A stretch of DNA of 14,417 bases, taken from UHGV virus genome UHGV-0099904; one strand, 5' to 3'. Shown here piece by piece: positions 6,589 through 14,417 of this stretch. Numbering within the stretch: position 1 is the stretch's first letter; the number at the start of each line of letters is the position of its first letter. The notes below the pieces were generated by a model. The model was not told where the DNA came from. It searched no databases and worked only from the letters and a program-made list of their open reading frames with translations. Both the position numbers and the translations under genes were made by a program. Source of the DNA: a virus.

Positions 6589-8508
6589 ATGGAACAGTTA
6601 AATATCAATAAAGGGGTGACGATCAAGCCTGGGCTTGACGTGCTTCCCCCGCCAGTGACTGATGATGAATATCGCGCATTAATGGCCGGTGAGGACCGCT
6701 ATCTGATGACGGAATCCAACACCCTGGAGGAAATCGAGGCTACGTTCTTCTATGACACGCCGATCCACTGGTGTGCTACGGATTTACTGGAGGCGATTAG
6801 TTCTACTCGTTTGCAGTTACACCGGACCATGCAGGCATTTGTCCGGGCATTGAACCAGAAGCTGAATGGTACCGGAATCTCTGCGGGGAGTGATAAAACG
6901 GGGGAGGTGGCCCAGAGCGGCGCGCGCGCGATCGGCGGTGCTGAAATTGGCCGGGCACGTAACGTTAACGGGCTGCCGGTCCTGCCAGCCATTATTCCGC
7001 TCAGTGATGGTCAGACTATCAGCATTCTGTTTCATAGCCCGACAGCGGAAAACCGGATCACCAATAGCGATACGCTGGTTGCTTTCCAGTTCTTACTGAA
7101 TAAAAAAGACGTTACTCACACCGTTGCTCCGATGAGTGGACGTGATATGACGCTGGCGCAGGTCACCATGAAACTTGCCAACCTTGCAGAGAAAAACTCG
7201 GCAAAATTCCAGCGTGCGCAGAAGAAGAAAAAAGCCCTGGTTGATGAAATAACCCAACTACAGGCTGACAGTGACCAGAAAGAGGATGCCATGAGCGACC
7301 TCGCGGATCAGGTGGCAGCGGTAGAAGGGCAGAAGGTAGATCTGGAGCAGAAAATTAACGCTGTTGCATCGGAAGCGGATTCTCTTTATGAAGAGAATGA
7401 GCGTTTGCAGACGGAGATTGATCAGCTCAATCGCACAGGTGGGCGCGATACCATTGATCCAGCGGGGATGACTGGTGGGCACTCGCGCGCGCTGACGGAT
7501 CGCCTTGCCAGTATCAAAAATCGTATGCATATGAACGGGGAAGTGACGCTCAGTAATGGAGCATCAATGAAGCAATTCATTGAGGACGGCGAAGGGTATA
7601 TCCAGTTAACCGATTCGGATGGCAGCGTGTACATGATCAAGGCTAAATCCATACAGGGTGTGGACATGGCAGATGCGATCGGCAAGCTGTTTAAAGCCTA
7701 TAAAGCGGGTAATGTATCGGAATATCTGGTCCAACCAGAAGAACATAAACCGGAAAACGTCGAACCTGAACCAGCGGAGGATACCGGTAGCTCTTCGCCT
7801 GAACCAGAAGTCTCTGTAGGTGCATATCGATATGCCTTGCAAATGCGTCCGGCGGCCCCTGGCGCAATACCTGAAGGTAACAAAGCAATTCTGCCGCGCC
7901 CTGATGAAGGTGACCCGTATTATGAATATGCACGCTACGGCATTGCTACTTACGATACCCCGCTTTCTGATCAGCAAATGAGTGAGTACGACCTGAAGTT
8001 ATTGCCTCGCGAGGATTCTTTCGACTTCCTGGCGAAGACACTTACTAATGGTCCGTTTGGCAAATATGCACAAAAAGCTCTGGATCTGGCCACCAGCTCA
8101 CCAGACGAGTTCCGCGTAATGCTGAAAACTCAGTTTCAAAAAACTTTCCCCAATATTGCGTTTCCGGGGGGCGCTGGCACCGAGAAAATGGTGCAGAGCA
8201 TGATCAATGCATTGCAGGCCGAAGTCGGTGAGATTACTCAGCCAGAACCTGCCCCGGCACAGCCTGATGAAACGGTTAGCGAAGCAGATGCAGAGGCTAA
8301 TAAAGCCATTGAATATCTCAATAACGTGATGGATATGCAAAGCACTGACATGGCGGAGATCCGTAACGCCCGGGGTAATGTCCGGGAAGCGATTGCAGCC
8401 CTTCAGGCTGCCGGGCGTTTTGAGGAAAACGAAGAGCTGGTTAATGGCGCTGCTCGCCACCTGGCTGATCTGCTGGTAGCAATCCAGAAAGCGGGGGTAG
8501 CGGCATGA
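6589..8508 (+). CDS. darA: DarA-like antirestriction and capsid morphogenesis virion protein, 639 aa
   Basis: AGGAAA RBS. Large protein with a central coiled coil (QLQADSDQKEDAMSDLADQVAAVEGQKVDLEQKINAV...) and acidic Pro/Glu-rich linkers. Size and position (hdf, 639-aa protein, 121-aa protein, 995-aa protein) match my recollection of the P1 darA operon. ATGA overlap with the next gene. Confidence 0.6.
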   Translation: MEQLNINKGVTIKPGLDVLPPPVTDDEYRALMAGEDRYLMTESNTLEEIEATFFYDTPIHWCATDLLEAISSTRLQLHRTMQAFVRALNQKLNGTGISAGSDKTGEVAQSGARAIGGAEIGRARNVNGLPVLPAIIPLSDGQTISILFHSPTAENRITNSDTLVAFQFLLNKKDVTHTVAPMSGRDMTLAQVTMKLANLAEKNSAKFQRAQKKKKALVDEITQLQADSDQKEDAMSDLADQVAAVEGQKVDLEQKINAVASEADSLYEENERLQTEIDQLNRTGGRDTIDPAGMTGGHSRALTDRLASIKNRMHMNGEVTLSNGASMKQFIEDGEGYIQLTDSDGSVYMIKAKSIQGVDMADAIGKLFKAYKAGNVSEYLVQPEEHKPENVEPEPAEDTGSSSPEPEVSVGAYRYALQMRPAAPGAIPEGNKAILPRPDEGDPYYEYARYGIATYDTPLSDQQMSEYDLKLLPREDSFDFLAKTLTNGPFGKYAQKALDLATSSPDEFRVMLKTQFQKTFPNIAFPGGAGTEKMVQSMINALQAEVGEITQPEPAPAQPDETVSEADAEANKAIEYLNNVMDMQSTDMAEIRNARGNVREAIAALQAAGRFEENEELVNGAARHLADLLVAIQKAGVAA

Positions 8509-8870
8509 CACTATCAGCTATTGAGTTAATGGATCTCAGCGATAAGTTGGATGCTCTGATGTCCAAAGCGGCTACCGCGAGTGGCATGGAGTTGCTGGAT
8601 ATCAGCGATGAAATTGACCAGATCATGCAACAGATGGGGTACGGTGTGTCCGGCGGCAGTAGTGGCGAGGAAAAACAACCTGCGGTACATGATGGTGTGC
8701 CAAAACTGGTTGCTGATTTCCTGGCTGATAAATTCGTCGATCAGAGCACCGATGCATTTATCGGTACCTTGCAGGATTTGAGTCAATATGTTGGCACATA
8801 CATCGACCTGGACCAGGTTAAACAGCACACGGCGGCATGGATAGCCGCCAACATTAAAGAGGCAGCATAA
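8505..8870 (+). CDS. ddrA: DdrA-like small acidic protein, 121 aa
   Basis: Translationally coupled to the upstream gene (ATGA). Acidic, predicted helical. Named by position in the dar-like operon only. Confidence 0.5.
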   Translation: MTLSAIELMDLSDKLDALMSKAATASGMELLDISDEIDQIMQQMGYGVSGGSSGEEKQPAVHDGVPKLVADFLADKFVDQSTDAFIGTLQDLSQYVGTYIDLDQVKQHTAAWIAANIKEAA

Positions 8871-8882
8871 GGCGTAACAGGG

Positions 8883-11870
8883 ATGAGCTTAAGCGATCAG
8901 GTGGTGATGGCCACCAGCATAGAAACGCTGATCGAGCTGCTAAAAAACCTGCCCGATTACGGGCGGGTTTCGTATGTGGTGACAGCGAAGGGAGACGAGG
9001 TAAAAACAGCGTTTGATATCGTCGATGCCTCAGCTCTTTTGGTATCCAATACTCTGGACGGGAAAATTAATCCAGACTATCCCCAGGAACTTCAGCCGCG
9101 CGACCGGACCCGCGCATCCAGCCTTCTTCAGGTCAACCAGATATCCAAGGATTTGCGTCCTGCCCAGCTTACCGATTCCGGTTTATCCAGCCATGGCGCG
9201 CCAATAATTGGTGAGGACAATGCCGTTGAGTCAGGTAATGGGCGGACCATGGGGATCATCAAAGCCTATCAGGACGGTAATGCGGATCGGTATCGGGAGT
9301 ACCTGATTGAACATGCGACCGAATTCGGCATACGGCCTGAAAAGGTTGAATCAATGACGGCTCCGGTACTGGTGCGCCGCCGGTTAACGAAGGTTGACCG
9401 TGTTCAGTTTGCCAAGGACTCAAATATTTCTGATCTCCAGGAAATGGCAGCCAGTGAAAAGGCTTTTGTTGATGCCGACAGCATAACACCGGCGATGATG
9501 GCGTTGTTTAACCCGTCAGAAAGCGGAGATCTGCTTAGCCGCAGTAATGACGCGTTTATTCGCGGATTCATGACGCAAGTTGGTGCCACACAGGCTGCTG
9601 GCCTTGTAACGGAAGATGGGCGACCAACACGGCAACTTGTAGACCGTATACAAAACGCGATCTTTGCCAAGGCATATAAGGATGCGCGCCTGGTAAGGAT
9701 GGTTGCAGAAGAACCTGATCCGGATATGCGTAATGTTCTGACGGCGCTTAATGCGGCAGCCAATGATTTTGTCCAGATGCAGGCTTTATCAGGAGAAGCG
9801 CACAAGCAGGCTGTGACAACTATTGTTGATGGCATTGAGACAGCGGATAGCCTCGATAAAAAGGCGCTGGCGGCATTGAAAGATGCGGTAGACCTGGTAA
9901 GGCAATCGAAGGAGTCAGGCCAGCATATTACCGATGTTATTGCTCAGGGGGATATGTTCAGCGAAACGGCCCCGGAAGTGAAAGCACTCGCGTTGTTCAT
10001 CGTCGCGAATAACCGTAGCGCGAAGCGTATGGCCACCGCCTTTAAGTTGATGGCTCAACGTATCAATGATGAGTTACAGCACCAGGGCCAGGCGCTGGGG
10101 GATATGTTTGGCGGCGGCGATGTGTCGTTACAGGATATCCTTCGCCAGGTGTCTCAGGAACTGGAATACGAAGGCATGCAAGGGATATCCGGCGGTCTTT
10201 TCGAGTCCGTTTCCGGCGGTAGTTACAACGGTGTTGCTCCGTATACCAGTTTGCTATTACATCGGGCATCCGGCATCAAAGACATTATTCATCTGATCAG
10301 GCTGCTTTCCCGCACAGATCACCAGGATGAACAGCTTGTACAAGTGCTTGCGCATTTTGTTCGAATGCCTGTTGCCGAAGTGAAAAAATGGTGCCGATTA
10401 TTCGGTATCAGCAATTCGTTACTTCGCGGCTTGTTAAATCACGCATCCTCCCTTGGGCGCGATGGCTTTGACGAGATAGCGCAGGCGATAAAAAACGGAG
10501 ATATGCCACCAGCTATTGACTGGTTTTCCATTCGCCCAACCAGGGTGAAAGCATTCCTTAGCGCGGCGCATTCGGCATCACCATTGGCAGAAATGGTTCA
10601 GAGGTTGTCGCTCATATTCACAGACCATACCGCGTTGGGTGATCTGACTCTGGACGAGATGAAAGAAGCCTCCATTCAGTGGGCCGATCAACAAAATGAG
10701 GTTAACTCAGACTTCTTGCCAGCATTCAGGAAGGCCGTTAGTAAAGCGGATGATGCCCGTGGAATTCTGAAGGCATTTAAGGCATTGCAAAGTCGGGTTA
10801 ATAAACATGTCGGTGATATCGATGGGGTAACGGCGGAAGGCAGGGATATCCTTAAAGAGCACGGCATAACGCCAGAGTTTATTGATGAGATCAGGACGGA
10901 TATGCAGCGTGAGGTCGTATCGTCCCTGCAAATTGTAGCCAGAGCGTTGGCGGATGCTAATCCGAAGAGTGCGGCCATTGTTAACCGGGTTATTGGTGAT
11001 ATTGAAGCATCGGAGGGCATGGGGGCGCTGAAACTCTTCCTTTCGCGAGCGTTTAATCCTAACGGCAATATTCTCCCTGGCATTATTGGTGAGGCTAAAA
11101 AGTATGTCAGTGAAGAAGAACTTGAGCAGCTTGACCAACTACTTAAGCGATTCTCATATAACCCGCAGACACGCTGGCAAATGAATCAGCGAGGTATGGG
11201 TTCGGTCCACGAGAAAGTGTTATCTGCCATGAACAGTGCGATCGCAAACTCATCCGTATCTGAAGAAAAAGCTCTTGAGTGGGCCGACTCTTTTATCACG
11301 GAAGAAGTGGAAGAAGCCCGCGCTGGACAGAATGGTGGGATAGACCTGCGCAAGGAACTTGCTGATATTTATCGCCTGACCGGCGGGAAAATATCGACCT
11401 TATCAAAGGTGGTTCACCACCAGGGAAGGGCATATGCAAATCTTAATGGTGTTGTTGCTGTCAATTTGAACGATGAAAATGCAAGTGCACTGTGGCACGA
11501 GCTGGGTCATCATCTTGAGTACAGTAACCCTGGTTTGTTAGAGAAAGCCCGGTCATTCCTGAAGGCCAATGTTGAAGGGGATAAGCCATCTTTCGTTAAT
11601 ATCGGTGGGCGTGGCAAGCCTGAATGGTGCTTCAGATCTCGATTGAGTAATATTTATATGGCGAAGGTATACCCGCCAGCCTCAGTAAGTAACACCGGGA
11701 AAATTCGGCAGAAATCCCCGACTATTTCCAAAACGTCAGCAACGGAAGTATTCTCTATGGCTCTTCAGTTGTATCATGACAAAGAGGCCGCTGCCGCATC
11801 ACTGATGAATGGTGACGGATTGCTGGAACTGTTATTAGGTGTGGCAAAGGAGCTAAATAATGCAGATTAA
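8883..11870 (+). CDS. ddrB: DdrB-like large virion protein, 995 aa, with a zincin HExxH motif and a possible ParB-like N-terminal domain
   Basis: Uninterrupted 3 kb ORF. HELGH at nt 11496-11510 (WHELGHHLE, aa 872-876). N-terminal segment VESGNGRTMGIIKAY resembles the ParB/Srx G-x-x-R signature. Operon position and length fit P1 DdrB as I recall it. Confidence 0.65.
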   Translation: MSLSDQVVMATSIETLIELLKNLPDYGRVSYVVTAKGDEVKTAFDIVDASALLVSNTLDGKINPDYPQELQPRDRTRASSLLQVNQISKDLRPAQLTDSGLSSHGAPIIGEDNAVESGNGRTMGIIKAYQDGNADRYREYLIEHATEFGIRPEKVESMTAPVLVRRRLTKVDRVQFAKDSNISDLQEMAASEKAFVDADSITPAMMALFNPSESGDLLSRSNDAFIRGFMTQVGATQAAGLVTEDGRPTRQLVDRIQNAIFAKAYKDARLVRMVAEEPDPDMRNVLTALNAAANDFVQMQALSGEAHKQAVTTIVDGIETADSLDKKALAALKDAVDLVRQSKESGQHITDVIAQGDMFSETAPEVKALALFIVANNRSAKRMATAFKLMAQRINDELQHQGQALGDMFGGGDVSLQDILRQVSQELEYEGMQGISGGLFESVSGGSYNGVAPYTSLLLHRASGIKDIIHLIRLLSRTDHQDEQLVQVLAHFVRMPVAEVKKWCRLFGISNSLLRGLLNHASSLGRDGFDEIAQAIKNGDMPPAIDWFSIRPTRVKAFLSAAHSASPLAEMVQRLSLIFTDHTALGDLTLDEMKEASIQWADQQNEVNSDFLPAFRKAVSKADDARGILKAFKALQSRVNKHVGDIDGVTAEGRDILKEHGITPEFIDEIRTDMQREVVSSLQIVARALADANPKSAAIVNRVIGDIEASEGMGALKLFLSRAFNPNGNILPGIIGEAKKYVSEEELEQLDQLLKRFSYNPQTRWQMNQRGMGSVHEKVLSAMNSAIANSSVSEEKALEWADSFITEEVEEARAGQNGGIDLRKELADIYRLTGGKISTLSKVVHHQGRAYANLNGVVAVNLNDENASALWHELGHHLEYSNPGLLEKARSFLKANVEGDKPSFVNIGGRGKPEWCFRSRLSNIYMAKVYPPASVSNTGKIRQKSPTISKTSATEVFSMALQLYHDKEAAAASLMNGDGLLELLLGVAKELNNAD

Positions 11871-12177
11871 AATCGCAGCGCCATTAGGCGGAGATGCCAT
11901 TATCGAATTTGATGATAATGAAGAAGTTTCCGGGCGTTTAAGCATTATCTCCGGTGACATTACCGAGGACATGATCGCTGAAGCCATAGCTGGGGCAAAT
12001 CCCAATAGCTATATGGGATTCGTTAACACCCTTGATGCTCTCGCAAGTGATGTTCTCCGAACGCTGCATCTTTACGCTGGCTGGTTTGTTGATTGGCCAG
12101 CAGTAGAGGGTGGCGATGAGGACGACGACGATGACGACGATGATTTTGGGGATCATGTAGACCAGATCGTATATTGA
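11860..12177 (+). CDS. Small, strongly acidic protein, 105 aa, ending in an Asp8 run; candidate DNA-mimic or virion protein
   Basis: Strong AAGGAG RBS 8 nt upstream of the ATG; the start overlaps the ddrB-like stop by 11 nt. About 28 D/E versus about 3 K/R residues. A terminator hairpin follows. Confidence 0.6.
   Translation: MQIKIAAPLGGDAIIEFDDNEEVSGRLSIISGDITEDMIAEAIAGANPNSYMGFVNTLDALASDVLRTLHLYAGWFVDWPAVEGGDEDDDDDDDDFGDHVDQIVY
12121..12144 (+). repeat. (GAY)8 trinucleotide repeat encoding Asp8, inside the acidic run DEDDDDDDDD (12115-12144)
   Basis: gac gac gac gat gac gac gat gat read directly in frame. Confidence 0.9.
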
Positions 12178-12179
12178 AG

Positions 12180-12205
12180 AAATCCCGCCAATCGGCGGGA
12201 TTTTT
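12180..12205. terminator. Hairpin between convergent operons, candidate bidirectional terminator
   Basis: AAATCCCGCC-aatc-GGCGGGATTT (10-bp stem, 4-nt loop) with a 5-T run, three of them inside the stem. It sits 3 nt after the + strand stop and 6 nt after the minus-strand stop. The minus-strand reading has only a weak T-rich tail (TTCTTC). Confidence 0.65.
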
Positions 12206-12208
12206 ACC

Positions 12209-13303
12209 TCACGAGAAGCTTTTTTCTGATGTCAGCCAACAGTGCTCGTGCAAATCTCTTGGTGGTTTTTCGACAAATGCCTCTTCAGCCACATCCTGCC
12301 AGGGGATTTGTTTAGCCCATTCAGCTATAGCGTTATGGTTTGCCGAGAATAACGGTATTGTATAGGCCTTCAGCCAGTCTAATGTGCTGGAGTTGTGTTT
12401 TTGAGCGTGATGTTTCGCATGGTGTTTGGCGATCACGATCGTAGGCACTACCCATTTACTACCGTCAGTCATTGTGAAGTGCATATTACGGGGAACAGAT
12501 GACTTTTCCATCAACTCCCGAATCCCGGGAAATTTCCCCAAGATCAATCGGCGATATTCATCGCTATTGCGCCCACCAAACTCTTTGGCTTTGAATTCAA
12601 GATATGCTTCAGAAACGAGAGGTGAATCCTCTGTGTTTAGAGTTAGCGCCGTGAAAAAACCAGCAGGATTGTTTTTACTATGGGCCAACCGGTGATGCGA
12701 ATCATAAAAGTACCCTTTCTCGCGTTCCGATGGTTTCGACAGCAACAGCAGGCGCGAGTCATAATTGGTTAAATTGCCAGTTATCACTGCATGAGCGCGA
12801 TCGCTGATTTCCGCCGAGTTAATAACGATGAAAAGATCGTGCGGTCCAGTAAAACCAGCCAGAGACTCTTCGTTATTCAGACAATAGGTTATATAGACGC
12901 ATCCCCATGTTTCACTGATATGCACCAACCCTTTGTCAGGGTGTATTCTGAAATAATTGCCAAGAAAAGGGTGTTTTTGGGTAACTCGCTCCCAATAACG
13001 GAACATATAGTCAATTATTGTTTTTCGACTATCGTTAATCGCAGGAGAAACAACCACTGTACGGGAACACGAATACAGTATTGTTTGCAGGATGCTAATC
13101 ACTGCCACAATAGAGGTTTCCCCAATACCATGTGGTGTGGTGGCAGTGACTTTGGCTCCGGTGTTCTTTATCGCGTTAATAATTTTTGCTTGATGAGGTG
13201 TTAACTCAATATCAAGCAACTCTTTTGCTGCCAGTTCCCAATTGTCTTTATACCGTTCTATCAGTGCTAACCAGGCAGATTCATTCTGTATACGATTAAT
13301 CAC
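12209..13303 (-). CDS. Terminase-large-subunit-like ATPase-fold protein with degenerate Walker A and B motifs, 364 aa
   Basis: LTPHQAKIINAIKNTGAKVTATTPHGIGETSIVAVISIL...RTVVVSPAINDSRKTI...DLFIVINSAEIS parallels the T4 gp17-type N-terminal ATPase (YQ..., RQLGKTTVVA..., IYIDECAF) as I recall it, but with GETS in place of GKT and NSAE in place of DE. Overlaps the upstream gene by 8 nt. Confidence 0.55.
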   Translation of the reverse strand: MINRIQNESAWLALIERYKDNWELAAKELLDIELTPHQAKIINAIKNTGAKVTATTPHGIGETSIVAVISILQTILYSCSRTVVVSPAINDSRKTIIDYMFRYWERVTQKHPFLGNYFRIHPDKGLVHISETWGCVYITYCLNNEESLAGFTGPHDLFIVINSAEISDRAHAVITGNLTNYDSRLLLLSKPSEREKGYFYDSHHRLAHSKNNPAGFFTALTLNTEDSPLVSEAYLEFKAKEFGGRNSDEYRRLILGKFPGIRELMEKSSVPRNMHFTMTDGSKWVVPTIVIAKHHAKHHAQKHNSSTLDWLKAYTIPLFSANHNAIAEWAKQIPWQDVAEEAFVEKPPRDLHEHCWLTSEKSFS

Positions 13304-14090
13304 TTTCCACCTCTTCCGTGGTGTTTTCTTGCAGTTCTGTTAATGCAGCACGACATAGGTTCCGGGCATTGGCTATAGCCACACTTTTGACTTCATCCGT
13401 CATCGTGCAGGTAATGTACTGATCGAGTTCTTCAGCGCGGATGATGCTTTTGCCAATCAGAAACTGTATTTGCCAGAGCAGATCGGCATCCATAATCAGA
13501 ATTTCTGCCGGGCCTTCAGGACCAGCCGGGAAGGAAACATAAGACTGTTTGCCCAGGCCGATAACTCGACAACTTGCTTCAAGAATTGCGCGATTGAGGT
13601 CTGACTTTGTAACTGAAACAGGTTGATTTTCACCTGCGATTACGCCGTTGACATGGATGTGGAATGGCATGTAGCTTGAAATTCGCTCTACTTTCCATAC
13701 GCCAGCAAGCGATCCTTCATGCAGCACAATGGGGGTAACCGCGAGTTTCATCTCACCATATAACTGCTGGCAGATAGCTGGATTGCTGAATACATCCAAA
13801 GGTTCACACTCAAACAGCGGCGCAATCTGTATGAGGTCCATCATGGTCATACCAGGGGTACGAGCAGTAATGAATCTGCGCATGCCAGTATCCATTGTGC
13901 GCCAGATAGCTACACCATGCTTTTTGCTCACTTCTTCAGTAAAGCCAAGGTGGCACATGATGGTTTTTTCGATAGCCAGATCAGAGATAGAAACCTTTTC
14001 GCCAGGTACACCATCATTATTGATGGTCACTTCTACACTCTGGCCATTACGCAGGCGGTATTGAATGGTTTTAGTATTTTGTGCTGTCAT
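13296..14090 (-). CDS. Hypothetical protein, 264 aa, co-transcribed with the terminase-like gene
   Basis: Long ORF with a plausible weak RBS (GAGAAAAGA) before the ATG. Ends inside the start of the next gene. I see no recognisable motifs. Confidence 0.55.
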   Translation of the reverse strand: MTAQNTKTIQYRLRNGQSVEVTINNDGVPGEKVSISDLAIEKTIMCHLGFTEEVSKKHGVAIWRTMDTGMRRFITARTPGMTMMDLIQIAPLFECEPLDVFSNPAICQQLYGEMKLAVTPIVLHEGSLAGVWKVERISSYMPFHIHVNGVIAGENQPVSVTKSDLNRAILEASCRVIGLGKQSYVSFPAGPEGPAEILIMDADLLWQIQFLIGKSIIRAEELDQYITCTMTDEVKSVAIANARNLCRAALTELQENTTEEVESD

Positions 14091-14104
14091 AGTCTTTTCT
14101 CTGC

Positions 14105-14287
14105 TTAAAAACTGATGTATTGCGCCTTCAGGTTGGTTAGGAATGTTTTCCCACCAGCGAAAGCAATATCTCGGGGTGTTCTATTCGTTAAAAGCGCGTG
14201 CCATTGCCAACTTTGGCGTTTGTTTGCGAGTTCGTGCTTTTGTCGGCGTCTTGACCACCGCTTTTCTTTCAGTCGTTTTTTACTCAT
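14105..14287 (-). CDS. Possible small basic protein, 60 aa
   Basis: The ATG lies 5 nt after the ssb stop with no clear SD. K/R-rich N-terminus (SKKRLKEKRWSRRRQKHELANKRQ). Fills the gap between ssb and the next gene. Confidence 0.3.
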   Translation of the reverse strand: MSKKRLKEKRWSRRRQKHELANKRQSWQWHALLTNRTPRDIAFAGGKTFLTNLKAQYISF

Positions 14288-14292
14288 AAACT

Positions 14293-14417
14293 CTAAAACG
14301 GAATATCGTCGTCAAAGTCCATTGGAGGTTCGTTATTGGCGTTGCTCTGAGGTTTACCGCCACCACTGTATTGCTGGTGGTTTTGAGGTTGGTTTGATTG
14401 CCCCCAGCCATTTGAGG
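14293..14417 (-). CDS. ssb: Single-stranded DNA-binding protein, C-terminal fragment (gene continues beyond the right edge)
   Basis: Minus-strand translation ends ...[40 protein letters not shown], the conserved Gly/Gln-rich tail and acidic DDDIPF tip of bacterial and phage SSB. Confidence 0.85.
   Translation of the reverse strand, partial: SNGWGQSNQPQNHQQYSGGGKPQSNANNEPPMDFDDDIPF

Noticed and set aside
6911-6930. Alternating GC tract ggcgcgcgcgcg in the darA-like gene as a possible Z-DNA or regulatory element
   Set aside because: Short, inside coding sequence (encodes SGARAIGG), and no surrounding symmetry; most likely incidental.
7219-7236. A-rich stretch cag aag aag aaa aaa gcc in the darA-like gene as a possible -1 frameshift site
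   Set aside because: The AAAAAAG heptamer is not in the X XXY YYZ register for the zero frame, and no downstream structure or useful alternate-frame ORF is visible.
6750-8511. Minus-strand and alternate-frame ORFs inside the darA-like gene (6750-6992, 6817-7035, 7258-7530, 7606-7977, 8098-8511)
   Set aside because: Embedded antisense ORFs without start signals; the sense ORF is long, coupled to its neighbours and has coherent protein features.
9259-11138. Minus-strand ORFs inside the ddrB-like gene (9404-9835, 10688-11083, 10707-11138 and others)
   Set aside because: Shadow ORFs inside a 3 kb uninterrupted sense ORF; no independent support.
12426-14108. Plus-strand ORFs opposite the minus-strand operon (12426-12695, 12791-13204, 13729-14064, 13917-14108)
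   Set aside because: They lie antisense to longer, overlap-coupled minus-strand ORFs that end in the recognisable ssb gene; no RBS.

Overview
The window reads as a late-gene segment of a P1-like phage or phage-plasmid. All calls rest on reading the six-frame translations; no database search was run, and the P1 gene names are assigned from my recollection of P1 gene order and protein sizes. On the + strand: a 1339-aa tail fiber gene (open to the left edge) with several internal repeat families and a glycine-rich C-terminal tip; a tail fiber assembly gene overlapping its stop; a 435-bp AT-rich spacer; two paralogous holin-like genes and a signal-anchored protein (lydA/lydB-like); then a tightly coupled block that matches the P1 antirestriction and head-morphogenesis operon (hdf, darA, ddrA, ddrB) plus a small, very acidic protein. 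A hairpin at 12180-12203 separates this from a convergent minus-strand operon: a terminase-large-subunit-like protein with degenerate Walker motifs, a 264-aa unknown protein, a small basic ORF and the 3' end of ssb. No rRNA, tRNA, CRISPR array, integrase or transposase is evident. Unlike P1 as I recall it, no Cin invertase or invertible segment lies between the tail fiber genes and lydA.
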